Origin: Cytophagales bacterium
Lineage (GTDB): Bacteria; Bacteroidota; Bacteroidia; Cytophagales; Spirosomataceae
Length of the DNA stretch: 39,550 nucleotides
Assembly (NCBI GenBank): GCA_038230415.1
Contig: JBBRNH010000052.1
Location: forward strand, 1-39,550
Direction of reading: 5' to 3'
Shown: in pieces, positions 16,131 to 25,027 of the stretch
Numbering within the stretch: the stretch's first letter is position 1
How the letters are laid out: each line of letters begins with the position of its first letter
Translations under genes and position numbers: made by a program
Notes under the pieces: model-generated
Databases searched by the model: none
What the model was told of the DNA's origin: nothing
Seen by the model: the letters and a program-made list of their open reading frames with translations, nothing else

Positions 16131-19100
16131 TTACAATTTCTCCCGCAAAAACTCCGCCGTGTAACTCACGCCGTCGGGCAATTCAATCATGGCTTCGGGC
16201 GTGCCGGTGAAGGTGACGTAGCCGCCTTCGTCACCCCCTTCGCGGCCCAAGTCAATGATGTAGTCAGCGCATTTGATGACCTCTACGTTGTGTTCGATAA
16301 TAATCACCGAATCGCCCTGGTCAACCAGCGCGTTGATGGCTTTGAGCAGCACGCGGATGTCGTGGAAGTGCAGGCCGGTGGTCGGTTCGTCGAAGATAAA
16401 CAGCGTTTGGCCTTTATTTGGGTTGCCTTTGCCAAGGTACGACGCGAGCTTAACCCGTTGTGCCTCACCGCCCGACAGCGTGTTGGCCGATTGCCCCAGC
16501 CCGACGTAGCCCAGGCCGACTTCCTGCAAGGGCAGCAGTTTTTCGGCCATTTTGCGGTCGGCGATGGCGAAGAAATCAATGGCTTCGTCAACGGTCAGGG
16601 CCAGAATGTCGGAGACGTTTTTGCCGCCGAGCGTAACTTCCAGCGTTTCCTGCTTGAAACGTCGGCCCCCGCAGCCCTCGCATTTGAGGTAGATATCGGC
16701 CATAAACTGCATCTCGACTTTTACTTCGCCCTCGCCCTGGCAGATTTCGCAACGGCCACCGTCCACGTTAAACGAGAACTGACTCGGTTTGTAAGCCCTT
16801 GATTTCGAGAGCGGTTGCTCGCTCAGGGCTTGCCGCAGGTAGTCGTAGGCTTTGATGTAGGTAACGGGGTTTGAGCGGCTCGATTTACCAATCGGGTTTT
16901 GGTCAATCATTTCCACCGCAGCCACGCGCCCCACCGACCCGACGAGTTCAGAGAATTTACCGGCTTCTTCGCCGGGATTGCCTTTGAGCCGCGCCAGAGC
17001 CGGATACAGAATCTTTCTGACCAACGTACTCTTGCCCGACCCCGACACGCCGGTGATGACCGTGAGGGTGTTGAGGGGAAACTGCACGTCCACGTTTTTG
17101 AGGTTGTTTTCGTGTGCGCCCGTCACGCCAATCCAGTGCGTGGGTTTGCGCCGGAACGTCGGCACCGGAATCGTTTCGCGGCCCGTCAGAAAATCAAGCG
17201 TATGGCTTTTTAGTGATGAGTTAGACCGGGCTGGCGTTCCGGTGATGAGTGAAGAATATTCTTCTCTTGAGTATTCGTCACTCATCACCGGAACGCCGAC
17301 CTGGTCTAACTCATCATTGATTTTCCCCTGAAATACCAGTTTTCCGCCACCCAAACCGGCTTCGGGACCGATGTCAATGAGTTGGTCGGCGGCCCGCATC
17401 ACGTCTTCTTCGTGTTCAACCACAATCACGGTGTTACCCATGTCACGCAGAGATTCCAGCACACTGACCAACCGTTTGGTGTCTCGCGGATGCAGCCCAA
17501 TGCTCGGTTCATCCAAAATATACATCGAGCCGACAAGGGCCGAACCAAGCGAGGTAGCTAACTTAATTCGTTGATATTCACCACCCGACAGCGAGTTGGT
17601 GAGCCGATTCAGACTCAGATAGCCTAAGCCGACGCGCTCCATGTAGGCCAGCCGGTTGCGGATTTCGATCAGAATCCGGTCGGCGATTTTGCGTTTGTCG
17701 GCGGGCAGGTCAAGCGCATCAAAAAACCGAACCGCCGTTGAAATGGGCATCAGCACGAGGTCAGTGATCGAAACCCCGCCCACTTTCACGTAACCGGCAT
17801 CTTTCCGCAACCGCGAGCCGCGACAATCGGGACAGACGGTTTTGCCCCGATACCGCGACTGCATCACCCGGTATTGTACTTTGAAACTCTGGCTCTCGAC
17901 CCACTCAAAAAAACCGTTCAGGCCCGTAAAGTAGTCGTTGCCCGTCCAGAGAACGCTCTGTTCGGCGGGCGTAAGTTCTTTGTAGGGCCGGTGGATCGGG
18001 AAATCGAACCGGATACCGTTGCGAAGCAGTGGTTTCAGAAATTCGTCGCCCATTTTCTCACTCCGCCAGGGCATGATTGCGCCTTCAAAAACAGACAGGT
18101 TTTTGTCGGGAATCACCAGATCGGGGTCAATGCCGAGAACTTTGCCGAAGCCATCGCACCGGCGGCAGGCTCCGTAGGGGTTGTTGAAGGTAAACAGATT
18201 CACGCCCGGCTCTTCAAAGGTGATACCGTCCAGCTCGAATTTATCCGAGAAAACGCGGTCTTCATTCGGCACGTCGGCCCCGCGCACCAGCACCACCCGG
18301 CAGGTGCCGTTCCCCTCGCTGAAAGCCGTCTGCACCGAGTCAGAAAAGCGGTATTGGGTGTCTTCGTCGGGCTGCCCGGCATAATCGAACTGCACCGTTC
18401 CCCGGTCAATCAGTATTTCAAAAAGGGAGGAGAGGGAGAAAGGGGAAGAAGGAGACAAGGGGGAAGAAGGGAATGATCCAGCCCCTTTCCCCTTCTCCTC
18501 CCTTTTCTCCCTTTTGTCCCCTTCCTCCCCTTTCTCCCTTTCTAATTCTTCTTCAATCTCCCGCACCTCGCCCCCGGCAAGGATGCGGGTATAGCCTTTC
18601 TGAAGCAGGATTTTGAGTTCTACAGCCAGCGTGCGGCCTTCCTGAATCAGCAACGGGGCCAAAATCATGACGCGCTGATTGGCCCGGCTACCGAAAATAT
18701 AATTTACGACATCGGTAACGGTGTCTTTTTTGACAATACCACCCGACACCGGCGAGTACGTCACGCCCACCCGCGCAAAGAGCAGTTTGAGGTAATCATA
18801 AATTTCGGTGCTGGTGCCAACGGTGCTGCGCGGGTTGCGCGTGGAAACTTTCTGCTCGATGGCGATGGCGGGCGAAACACCTTTGATGTATTCGACATCG
18901 GGTTTTTCCATCCGGCCCAGAAACTGCCGGGCGTAGCTGCTCAGGCTCTCGACGTACATCCGCTGACCCTCGGCAAAGAGCGTATCAAACGCCAGCGATG
19001 ACTTTCCCGACCCCGATAAGCCACTGATTACGACTAACTTATTGCGCGGAATGGCAACATCTAAACTTTTGAGATTGTGAACATTAGCCCCCTTGATGAT

Positions 19101-19181
19101 GATATATTCTTTGGGGCTGAGCTGGTCAATTGTGCGAAGCGTTTCGATTTCGGCAGTCTGGTTCATGCAGTAGTTTGGCAA
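16131..19181 (-). CDS. uvrA: excinuclease ABC subunit A (UvrA), with two in-frame palindromic insertions
   Basis: It has two ABC ATPase modules with Walker A GVSGSGKSSL and GVSGSGKSTL. Cys-rich zinc modules CRRCDGFG and CPDCRGSRL are present. At 1016 aa it is about 80 aa longer than usual. Confidence 0.93.
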   Translation of the reverse strand: MPNYCMNQTAEIETLRTIDQLSPKEYIIIKGANVHNLKSLDVAIPRNKLVVISGLSGSGKSSLAFDTLFAEGQRMYVESLSSYARQFLGRMEKPDVEYIKGVSPAIAIEQKVSTRNPRSTVGTSTEIYDYLKLLFARVGVTYSPVSGGIVKKDTVTDVVNYIFGSRANQRVMILAPLLIQEGRTLAVELKILLQKGYTRILAGGEVREIEEELEREKGEEGDKREKREEKGKGAGSFPSSPLSPSSPFSLSSLFEILIDRGTVQFDYAGQPDEDTQYRFSDSVQTAFSEGNGTCRVVLVRGADVPNEDRVFSDKFELDGITFEEPGVNLFTFNNPYGACRRCDGFGKVLGIDPDLVIPDKNLSVFEGAIMPWRSEKMGDEFLKPLLRNGIRFDFPIHRPYKELTPAEQSVLWTGNDYFTGLNGFFEWVESQSFKVQYRVMQSRYRGKTVCPDCRGSRLRKDAGYVKVGGVSITDLVLMPISTAVRFFDALDLPADKRKIADRILIEIRNRLAYMERVGLGYLSLNRLTNSLSGGEYQRIKLATSLGSALVGSMYILDEPSIGLHPRDTKRLVSVLESLRDMGNTVIVVEHEEDVMRAADQLIDIGPEAGLGGGKLVFQGKINDELDQVGVPVMSDEYSREEYSSLITGTPARSNSSLKSHTLDFLTGRETIPVPTFRRKPTHWIGVTGAHENNLKNVDVQFPLNTLTVITGVSGSGKSTLVRKILYPALARLKGNPGEEAGKFSELVGSVGRVAAVEMIDQNPIGKSSRSNPVTYIKAYDYLRQALSEQPLSKSRAYKPSQFSFNVDGGRCEICQGEGEVKVEMQFMADIYLKCEGCGGRRFKQETLEVTLGGKNVSDILALTVDEAIDFFAIADRKMAEKLLPLQEVGLGYVGLGQSANTLSGGEAQRVKLASYLGKGNPNKGQTLFIFDEPTTGLHFHDIRVLLKAINALVDQGDSVIIIEHNVEVIKCADYIIDLGREGGDEGGYVTFTGTPEAMIELPDGVSYTAEFLREKL
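17214..17316. repeat. ~103-bp imperfect palindrome inside the uvrA coding sequence, in frame
   Basis: The right arm differs from the reverse complement of the left arm (tgatgagttagaccgggctggcgttccggtgatgagtgaagaatattc) at only a few positions. It encodes ..DELDQVGVPVMSDEYSREEYSSLITGTP... in UvrA. The opposite strand (ORF 16978..17331) encodes the near-identical DELDRAGVPVMSEEYSSLEYSSLITGTP. Confidence 0.8.
18419..18541. repeat. homopurine/homopyrimidine mirror-palindromic tract inside the uvrA coding sequence, in frame
   Basis: 54 nt are almost all purine (aaaaagggaggagagggagaaaggggaagaagg...). A short centre is followed by about 59 nt almost all pyrimidine, approximately the reverse complement. 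It encodes the low-complexity EIEEELEREKGEEGDKREKREEKGKG-AGS-FPSSPLSPSSPFSLSS. Confidence 0.75.
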
Positions 19182-19296
19182 ACCTTAACCTGATTTTAAC
19201 GGTTTTTAGCCAAAGTTGGTTTCTCTTTGTGAAACCGAATAAAGTGCCACCCATTTTCGTTTTTTATCGTATTCATCACGTACTGATACACTTGCT

Positions 19297-19941
19297 ATGC
19301 AACTCGTTCATAAATTGTTTTTAGTAGCTGCCCTCTTAACCGGCAGCCACGCTTTTGCTCAGATCACCGCCGACCCCGAAGACCGCGACCGGCGCGAGCA
19401 GGGAAAAGACCCGCTTCGCACTCAAACGCCCGAAGGTCGCCCGTTGCCGTTTTTGCAACGGCTCCGTTTCGGCGGGGGCGTTAGTGGGTTGCGGTTTGGG
19501 AATCCAACCATAATCGGGGTATCGCCGGTGGTGGCGTATCAGGCTTCGGAGCGGCTTATTTTGGGGCTGGGTGCATCCTATACCTACTCGCGGTACAAGG
19601 CCATTGACCGGACTACGGGCCGCACGGTTCCCTATGAAACTTACAATCAATATGGCGGGCGCGGGTTTGTGATGTACGAAGCCGTGCCATCGCTGATACC
19701 GAATCTGTACCTGCACGGCGAACTCGAAAGCACCAGTATTCAGTATAGAAACAACATCAGCAATGCCACTGCATCTTTGGGCAGCATTACGGCTCCGTTG
19801 GTGGGCCTGACCTATTCGCAGCGCATCGGGCGGTTGGCGGGCATCAACCTAACGGCTCTCTACAACCTGAATTACAGCAGCAATCAGGTGTCACAATACG
19901 TATATGGTAGCCCGCTCGTGATTCGTATTTCGTTTTTCTAA
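19297..19941 (+). CDS. putative outer-membrane beta-barrel protein (signal peptide, C-terminal Phe)
   Basis: 214 aa. N-terminal signal LFLVAALLTGSHAFAQ. It has alternating-hydrophobic strands and a terminal ...RISFF. No named family is recognised. Confidence 0.45.
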   Translation: MQLVHKLFLVAALLTGSHAFAQITADPEDRDRREQGKDPLRTQTPEGRPLPFLQRLRFGGGVSGLRFGNPTIIGVSPVVAYQASERLILGLGASYTYSRYKAIDRTTGRTVPYETYNQYGGRGFVMYEAVPSLIPNLYLHGELESTSIQYRNNISNATASLGSITAPLVGLTYSQRIGRLAGINLTALYNLNYSSNQVSQYVYGSPLVIRISFF

Positions 19942-20058
19942 ACTATTGGAACGCAGATGACGCAGATTTTATGATTTACGCGGATTTCTATTTCTCCGTC
20001 AGCACTAAAAAAATCTGTGTAGATCATAAAAATCTGCGTCATCCGCGTTCCAATAGTT
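19941..20058. repeat. MITE-like element with 35-bp terminal inverted repeats (aactattggaacgcagatgacgcagattttatgat), filling the gap between two convergent stop codons
   Basis: Left TIR 19941..19975 and right TIR 20023..20058 are reverse complements with 2-3 mismatches. The core is about 48 bp. Confidence 0.7.
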
Positions 20059-20060
20059 CC

Positions 20061-21173
20061 TCACGGCACGAGTATCTTATCCCAGATCAGCCGGGCAATT
20101 TCGGCGTGGCCCCGGTCATTGGGGTGGGCTGCTACGCCCGCGTTACCATATTGCGTGGCCGTGAAGTCAACGTGGTCGGGTCGGTTATACAACTCGCCGT
20201 AGAGGTCGGCCACCGGATAACCACGTTTGCCCGCTTCCTGAATGATGATCTCACGAGAACGCGGATTGTTCCAGAAGCTCGTGCTGCAAACTACTTTCAC
20301 CTTGCCGCCCGAAAACTGCGTCAGCTTATCGAGCAACTGATTGTATTTCTGCCGGAAGACCGCCCCGTTGTCGCGGCTGTTGACTTCCTGCTCGCTAACG
20401 TTTTCGCTGATGCGAACAATGACCAAATCGGGCTTGTAGTCGCGCAGGTGTTCATCGAGCGAGGTGTTGAAATCAAACTCCCAGAATTTATTCTCGAACC
20501 CACTGCCGCCGATCAAACTCGTTTGCATCAGCGGATTGAGGTTCAGCAGGTTGTTCTGGAGCCGATGCACAAAGTCTTTATCGGGGGCCGAAGCCGCCAT
20601 GCCGTTCGTATTGTACCAGCCGATTTCGTCAATCCGGCTGATGAGCATAATGCTGTTACCCAGCACAAACAGCCGCTCATAAAACACCCCGAAATTGGCC
20701 TGCACTACGGCTGACACCTGATCGTTTTGCCGGAGCCGGGCCAAAAACGTACCGTTCCAGAGCAACGTGAAATTGGTGCCTGCTGTCCAGGTGCGCCCAT
20801 CGTCCCACGACCGTTCAACAACACTGCCCGCCGGCGCGTTGTCGGTGTTGATTTTTATGGTTGTTCCGTAGGCATAATTACCGGCCTGCGGCTCAAATGA
20901 GGGTGTTTGCAGCGACGATGCCGTTAATGATGTCGGGGGCGTAGTGGTAGTGGTCGGCGTGGGTAGCGTAACAGAAGCCGAAGTTGGGGCCGACAGGGGC
21001 AACCGTCGAATGGCAATCGGGACACATTGTGCCGGTGGGCAGTTGACGGTGGTTGTTTGTGCAATTGCCGCAAACCCGCTCAATACCAGCAGATGAATGA
21101 ACAGAGCCGTGATTCGCCCCCGGTCAATTTTCCAGAAAAATAGTGTCGTCTTCACAAAAATGGGTCTTGTCAT
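20061..21173 (-). CDS. SGNH/GDSL-family hydrolase (probable carbohydrate esterase) with an N-terminal Thr/Pro-rich linker domain
   Basis: Block I ...FVLGNSIM... carries the Ser nucleophile. The C-terminal ...HPNDRGHAEIA carries the D-x-x-H catalytic pair. A signal-like N-terminus and a TPTTTTTPPTS linker are present. Confidence 0.6.
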   Translation of the reverse strand: MTRPIFVKTTLFFWKIDRGRITALFIHLLVLSGFAAIAQTTTVNCPPAQCVPIAIRRLPLSAPTSASVTLPTPTTTTTPPTSLTASSLQTPSFEPQAGNYAYGTTIKINTDNAPAGSVVERSWDDGRTWTAGTNFTLLWNGTFLARLRQNDQVSAVVQANFGVFYERLFVLGNSIMLISRIDEIGWYNTNGMAASAPDKDFVHRLQNNLLNLNPLMQTSLIGGSGFENKFWEFDFNTSLDEHLRDYKPDLVIVRISENVSEQEVNSRDNGAVFRQKYNQLLDKLTQFSGGKVKVVCSTSFWNNPRSREIIIQEAGKRGYPVADLYGELYNRPDHVDFTATQYGNAGVAAHPNDRGHAEIARLIWDKILVP

Positions 21174-21287
21174 GGTGGCTGCACAGGATAGTCCATAAAA
21201 ACTGTGCCAAAAGTCAGCTATAAATCCCGACGAGCCTACTATTTTCCTAAATCATTACCTTTGCCGTGCGTCAAGCCACCCTCCTGT

Positions 21288-22712
21288 ATGCTCTTCAGTT
21301 CGGCAATTTTTCTGTTTTTGTTCCTGCCCCTGTTTCTGGTTGCCTATTACCTGATTCCTAAACATCACGCACCCAAGCCGACCGCAACAACCGGATTCCG
21401 GGCCATCAACTGGCCGAATGCGGTGCTGTTTGGGGCCAGTTTGCTGTTTTATGCCTGGGGCGAAGGGCCGGTAGTGGCGGTGTTGCTGCTCTCGGCGGGC
21501 ATCAACTTTGTAGCGGGCGGTCTTATCGAACGCGGAAACCGGAAGGCAGGTCTCTATTTATCGCTCATCGGCAGTCTCTCGTTGCTGTTTTACTTTAAGT
21601 ACACCAATTTCTTTTTCGAGTCCATCGGCCATCCTATTGCCCGCATCGCCCTGCCCATCGGCATCAGTTTTTACACGTTTCAGGGTATTTCCTACACCCT
21701 CGACGTGTACTGGGGCCGCATCAGGGCCAACCGCAGCTTTCTGGATTTTGGTACTTACGTTGCCATGTTTCCTCACCAGATTGCCGGGCCGATTGTGCGC
21801 TACGCCGACATTGCCCCCGAACTCACCGACCGGCGCGTTACGCTCACCAAGTTTGGCACCGGGGCCGAGCGGTTTATCATTGGCATGGCAAAGAAAATCC
21901 TGATTGCCAACACCTTTGCCCACATTGCCGACACCGTTTTCGATGCGCCAACCGATACCATCACCTCCGGCGCGGCCTGGCTCGGCGCGGTAGCGTATTC
22001 GTTCCAGATTTACTTCGATTTTTCGGGTTATTCCGACATGGCGATTGGCCTCGGCAAGATGGTTGGCTTCGATTTCAAAGAGAATTTTAATTACCCTTAC
22101 ATTGCCCGCTCGGTTCAGGATTTTTGGCGACGCTGGCACATTTCGCTGTCGAGCTGGTTCCGCGATTATCTGTACATACCCCTCGGCGGCAACCGATTGG
22201 GCGAAGCCAAAACCTACCGTAACCTGCTGATTGTGTTTGCCGTAACGGGTTTTTGGCACGGTGCAAGCTGGAATTTTATCGTCTGGGGCGTGTATCACGG
22301 CGTGTTTCTAATGGCAGAGCGGGCTGGTCTGGGTAAGCAATTAGACCGCGCCCCCGCCCTGCTCGCTCATGCCTACACGCTGTTAGTGGTGCTGGTGGGC
22401 TGGGTGTTTTTCAGGGCTGCCGAGCTGAGCAGTGCGGTGGTGTATCTGCAAAAAATGGCCGGGTTCGGGCCGGTCACTGCCGGGCCGGTGGCGTACTCAC
22501 TACCGTACTTTATGACTCCCGAAATTGGCTTGACGCTCGCGCTGGGCATCGTGTTTTCGATGCCGGTTTATCATCGGTTTCAAAAACTGGCAAACGTGCA
22601 GAACGGCTTCCCGGCGGTAGCCTATTCGGTGGGGCTGTTTGGGTTGTTTGTACTGTCGGTGATGTATCTGGCGGCAGATACCTACAATCCGTTTATCTAT
22701 TTTCGTTTCTGA
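21288..22712 (+). CDS. MBOAT-family membrane O-acyltransferase (AlgI/DltB-like)
   Basis: Multi-TM protein. The conserved ...FWRRWHISLSSWFRDYLYIPLGGNR... block carries the MBOAT catalytic His. The likely start is MLFSSAIFLF at 21288. Confidence 0.85.
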   Translation: MLFSSAIFLFLFLPLFLVAYYLIPKHHAPKPTATTGFRAINWPNAVLFGASLLFYAWGEGPVVAVLLLSAGINFVAGGLIERGNRKAGLYLSLIGSLSLLFYFKYTNFFFESIGHPIARIALPIGISFYTFQGISYTLDVYWGRIRANRSFLDFGTYVAMFPHQIAGPIVRYADIAPELTDRRVTLTKFGTGAERFIIGMAKKILIANTFAHIADTVFDAPTDTITSGAAWLGAVAYSFQIYFDFSGYSDMAIGLGKMVGFDFKENFNYPYIARSVQDFWRRWHISLSSWFRDYLYIPLGGNRLGEAKTYRNLLIVFAVTGFWHGASWNFIVWGVYHGVFLMAERAGLGKQLDRAPALLAHAYTLLVVLVGWVFFRAAELSSAVVYLQKMAGFGPVTAGPVAYSLPYFMTPEIGLTLALGIVFSMPVYHRFQKLANVQNGFPAVAYSVGLFGLFVLSVMYLAADTYNPFIYFRF

Positions 22713-22720
22713 TTTTTTTC

Positions 22721-22804
22721 GCGCAAAGACGCAGAGACGCAAAGTCTTTGGGTTGTGTTTTTAAATACCTTAGAAATAGACTTTTGCGCCTTCGCGTCTT
22801 TGCG
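22721..22804. repeat. nested imperfect hairpin (gcgcaaagacgc...gcgtctttgcg, inner acgcaaagtct...agacttttgcg) between the MBOAT stop and the AlgJ-like start
   Basis: Direct reading. It is preceded by the T7 run at 22713..22720. Possible terminator, attenuator or REP-like element. Confidence 0.5.
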
Positions 22805-22825
22805 TGACACCTTTTTTCTTCTTTT

Positions 22826-23926
22826 ATGCGCTCCCGAATTCTGGCCGTTGGCTTTACCGTACTGATTTTCTTACCGATGCTCGATCAGGTTCTGGGCCTG
22901 TCGCAGGGGTTTCAGCGTACCGAAAACCGGCAGCAGCAACCGGCTCCGGCTCTTCACTTTCCGCACGTGCGGTCGTTCATTGCCGATTTTGACCGCTATT
23001 ACAAAGAGAATTTCGGCTGGCGCAACGCCTTGTTCTACGCCTTTAGCCACTGGAAATACTACGGCCTCGGCCAATCACCGTTGCCGGAGAAAGTGGTGGC
23101 GGGCAAGAACGGCTGGTTCTATCTCGGCAACAGCGAAAACCGCGTCATTGACCAGCACCGGGGCTTGATGCCCCTGCCGACCGATACCCTCCGCGCCATT
23201 ACCGACCGGCTCGCGCAGCAACAGAAAGTCCTGGCCCGGCAGGGCATCGCGCTCTACGTGCTGATTGCGCCCGATTCGCATACGATTTACCCCGAACACC
23301 TCCCCGACCGGCTGCGGCCCCCGGCCCGTCCGTCGCGGCTCGATCAGTTTCTGGCCTATTCGCGGCAGCACACCACCCTGCCAATCATTGACATTCGGGA
23401 TACCCTTTTATCGGCCAAAAATCGCTACCGGCTTTATTACCAGACCGATACGCACTGGAACAACGCGGGAACGCTGATTGGCTGCGCGGCCCTCCTGAAC
23501 GCCATTCGCCCGGCCCGGCCCACGCTCGAACCCGTAGCCCTGACTAATTATCAAATCAGGCAGGAGCGCGGCATTGGCGGGGATTTGGTCTCGCTGTTTA
23601 TGTTTAAGCAAAAAATCAGGGATTCGGTTTATTACGACATCACGCCCGTTGACCGGCTGAAACCCCAACCGACCGATACCATTCCGAACCCATCGGGCGG
23701 TTACCCGTCGTTTCGGTTTAGCGGCCAAAACCCGCGTCAGCCCCGGCTGTTGCTCGTCGGCGATTCGTTTAGCCACAGCCTGATGGAGATTTTGCCGGGT
23801 TATTTCAGCGCGTCGTATTTCGCCCGCAGCCGCCATCTCGACCCAAAACTAATCCAGTCAGAACGGCCCGACGTGGTGGTGGTCGAGATTGTGGAACGTA
23901 ACCTGACCTGGCTACGGGAATTGTAA
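22826..23926 (+). CDS. AlgJ/AlgX-like polysaccharide O-acetylation protein (SGNH-like, DxHW motif)
   Basis: N-terminal signal/TM segment. The ...YYQTDTHWNNAGT... (D-T-H-W) hallmark of the AlgJ/AlgX family is present. It lies immediately downstream of the MBOAT gene. Confidence 0.7.
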   Translation: MRSRILAVGFTVLIFLPMLDQVLGLSQGFQRTENRQQQPAPALHFPHVRSFIADFDRYYKENFGWRNALFYAFSHWKYYGLGQSPLPEKVVAGKNGWFYLGNSENRVIDQHRGLMPLPTDTLRAITDRLAQQQKVLARQGIALYVLIAPDSHTIYPEHLPDRLRPPARPSRLDQFLAYSRQHTTLPIIDIRDTLLSAKNRYRLYYQTDTHWNNAGTLIGCAALLNAIRPARPTLEPVALTNYQIRQERGIGGDLVSLFMFKQKIRDSVYYDITPVDRLKPQPTDTIPNPSGGYPSFRFSGQNPRQPRLLLVGDSFSHSLMEILPGYFSASYFARSRHLDPKLIQSERPDVVVVEIVERNLTWLREL

Positions 23927-25012
23927 AATCACGTCAATAACACGTTGTTGGTCAGCTTCGGTGATTGATCCTGACGGCAAACAAAGCCCGGTTTCAAATA
24001 GTCGGTCGGCCACGCCCGACCCCACAAACGCACCCCCGGCATAAAGCGGCTGGCGGTGCATGGGTTTCCAGACGGGCCGCGCTTCAATACCGTTTTCGGC
24101 CAGCCGGAGCCGCAGTGCTTCGGCAGATACACCCGCTTCATCAGGATTGATAGTCAACGCCGTAAGCCAACGATTGCTCTGATTGTCAGGCTGTTCGGTT
24201 TGAAAATAAAAGCCGGATTTATGGCCGAGTGCCTGCCGGTATCGGTCAAAAACGGCCCGGCGTTGCGCCACCCGGTTCGGCAAATCGGGCAGTTGCACCC
24301 GGCCCAATTCGGCCAGCAGGTGGCTCATCCGGTAATTAAAACCGAGGTCGGTGTGCTGATAGTGCGGTGCCGGGTCGCGGGCCTGATTTGCCAGATGTCG
24401 GGCGGTGTCAATCAGCCGTTTATCGTCAGACAGCAACGCGCCCCCGCCGGTTGTGGTCATGATTTTGTTGAGATTGAACGACAGCACCCCTACCCTGCCG
24501 AACGTGCCGCAGTGGTGACCCCGATACTGAGACCCCAACGCTTCGGCAGCATCTTCGACGACGGGAACGCCAAAACGGTCGGCAACGGCCAGAATCTCAC
24601 CCCACCGGGCGGGCATCCCAAACAAGTCCGTAGCGATAATGGCTTTGGGCCGTTTGCCCCGCCGGTCGAGTTGGCGCAGGGCTGTTTCGAGCGCGTCGGG
24701 GCAGATATTCCAGGTATCTGACTCACTATCAATAAAAACGGGCGTGGCATTTTGGTACAGGATCGGGTTTGCCCCGCCCACAAACGTCAGCGACTGACAC
24801 AGCACTACATCAACCGCCGACACGCCCAACGCGGCCATTGCCAGGTGCAAAGCCGCCGTTCCCGACGACGTGGCGAGGGCGTATTTTGCCCCGGTTACGG
24901 TGCAAAGAGTCTGCTCAAACGGTTCGGTTCCGGCGCGGGCATCGGTCAGCGTAGCGAGGTGGGCAAGATCAGCCGGGGGGAGTTGGGGCGGAGACAGGGA
25001 AATCGGTGTCAT
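23912..25012 (-). CDS. DegT/DnrJ/EryC1/StrS-family PLP-dependent sugar aminotransferase
   Basis: 366 aa. Family blocks ...DLGFNYRMSHLLAELG... and ...GVLSFNLNKIMTTTGGGAL.... Confidence 0.85.
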   Translation of the reverse strand: MTPISLSPPQLPPADLAHLATLTDARAGTEPFEQTLCTVTGAKYALATSSGTAALHLAMAALGVSAVDVVLCQSLTFVGGANPILYQNATPVFIDSESDTWNICPDALETALRQLDRRGKRPKAIIATDLFGMPARWGEILAVADRFGVPVVEDAAEALGSQYRGHHCGTFGRVGVLSFNLNKIMTTTGGGALLSDDKRLIDTARHLANQARDPAPHYQHTDLGFNYRMSHLLAELGRVQLPDLPNRVAQRRAVFDRYRQALGHKSGFYFQTEQPDNQSNRWLTALTINPDEAGVSAEALRLRLAENGIEARPVWKPMHRQPLYAGGAFVGSGVADRLFETGLCLPSGSITEADQQRVIDVILQFP

Positions 25013-25027
25013 CTGTCGGGGTCGTGC

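Noticed and set aside
16131-19181. Whether the long uvrA reflects a frameshift or pseudogene, or a fusion of two genes
   Set aside because: The reading frame is continuous. Both ABC modules and the zinc-finger modules are in the canonical order. The extra length is fully accounted for by the two in-frame repeat-derived segments.
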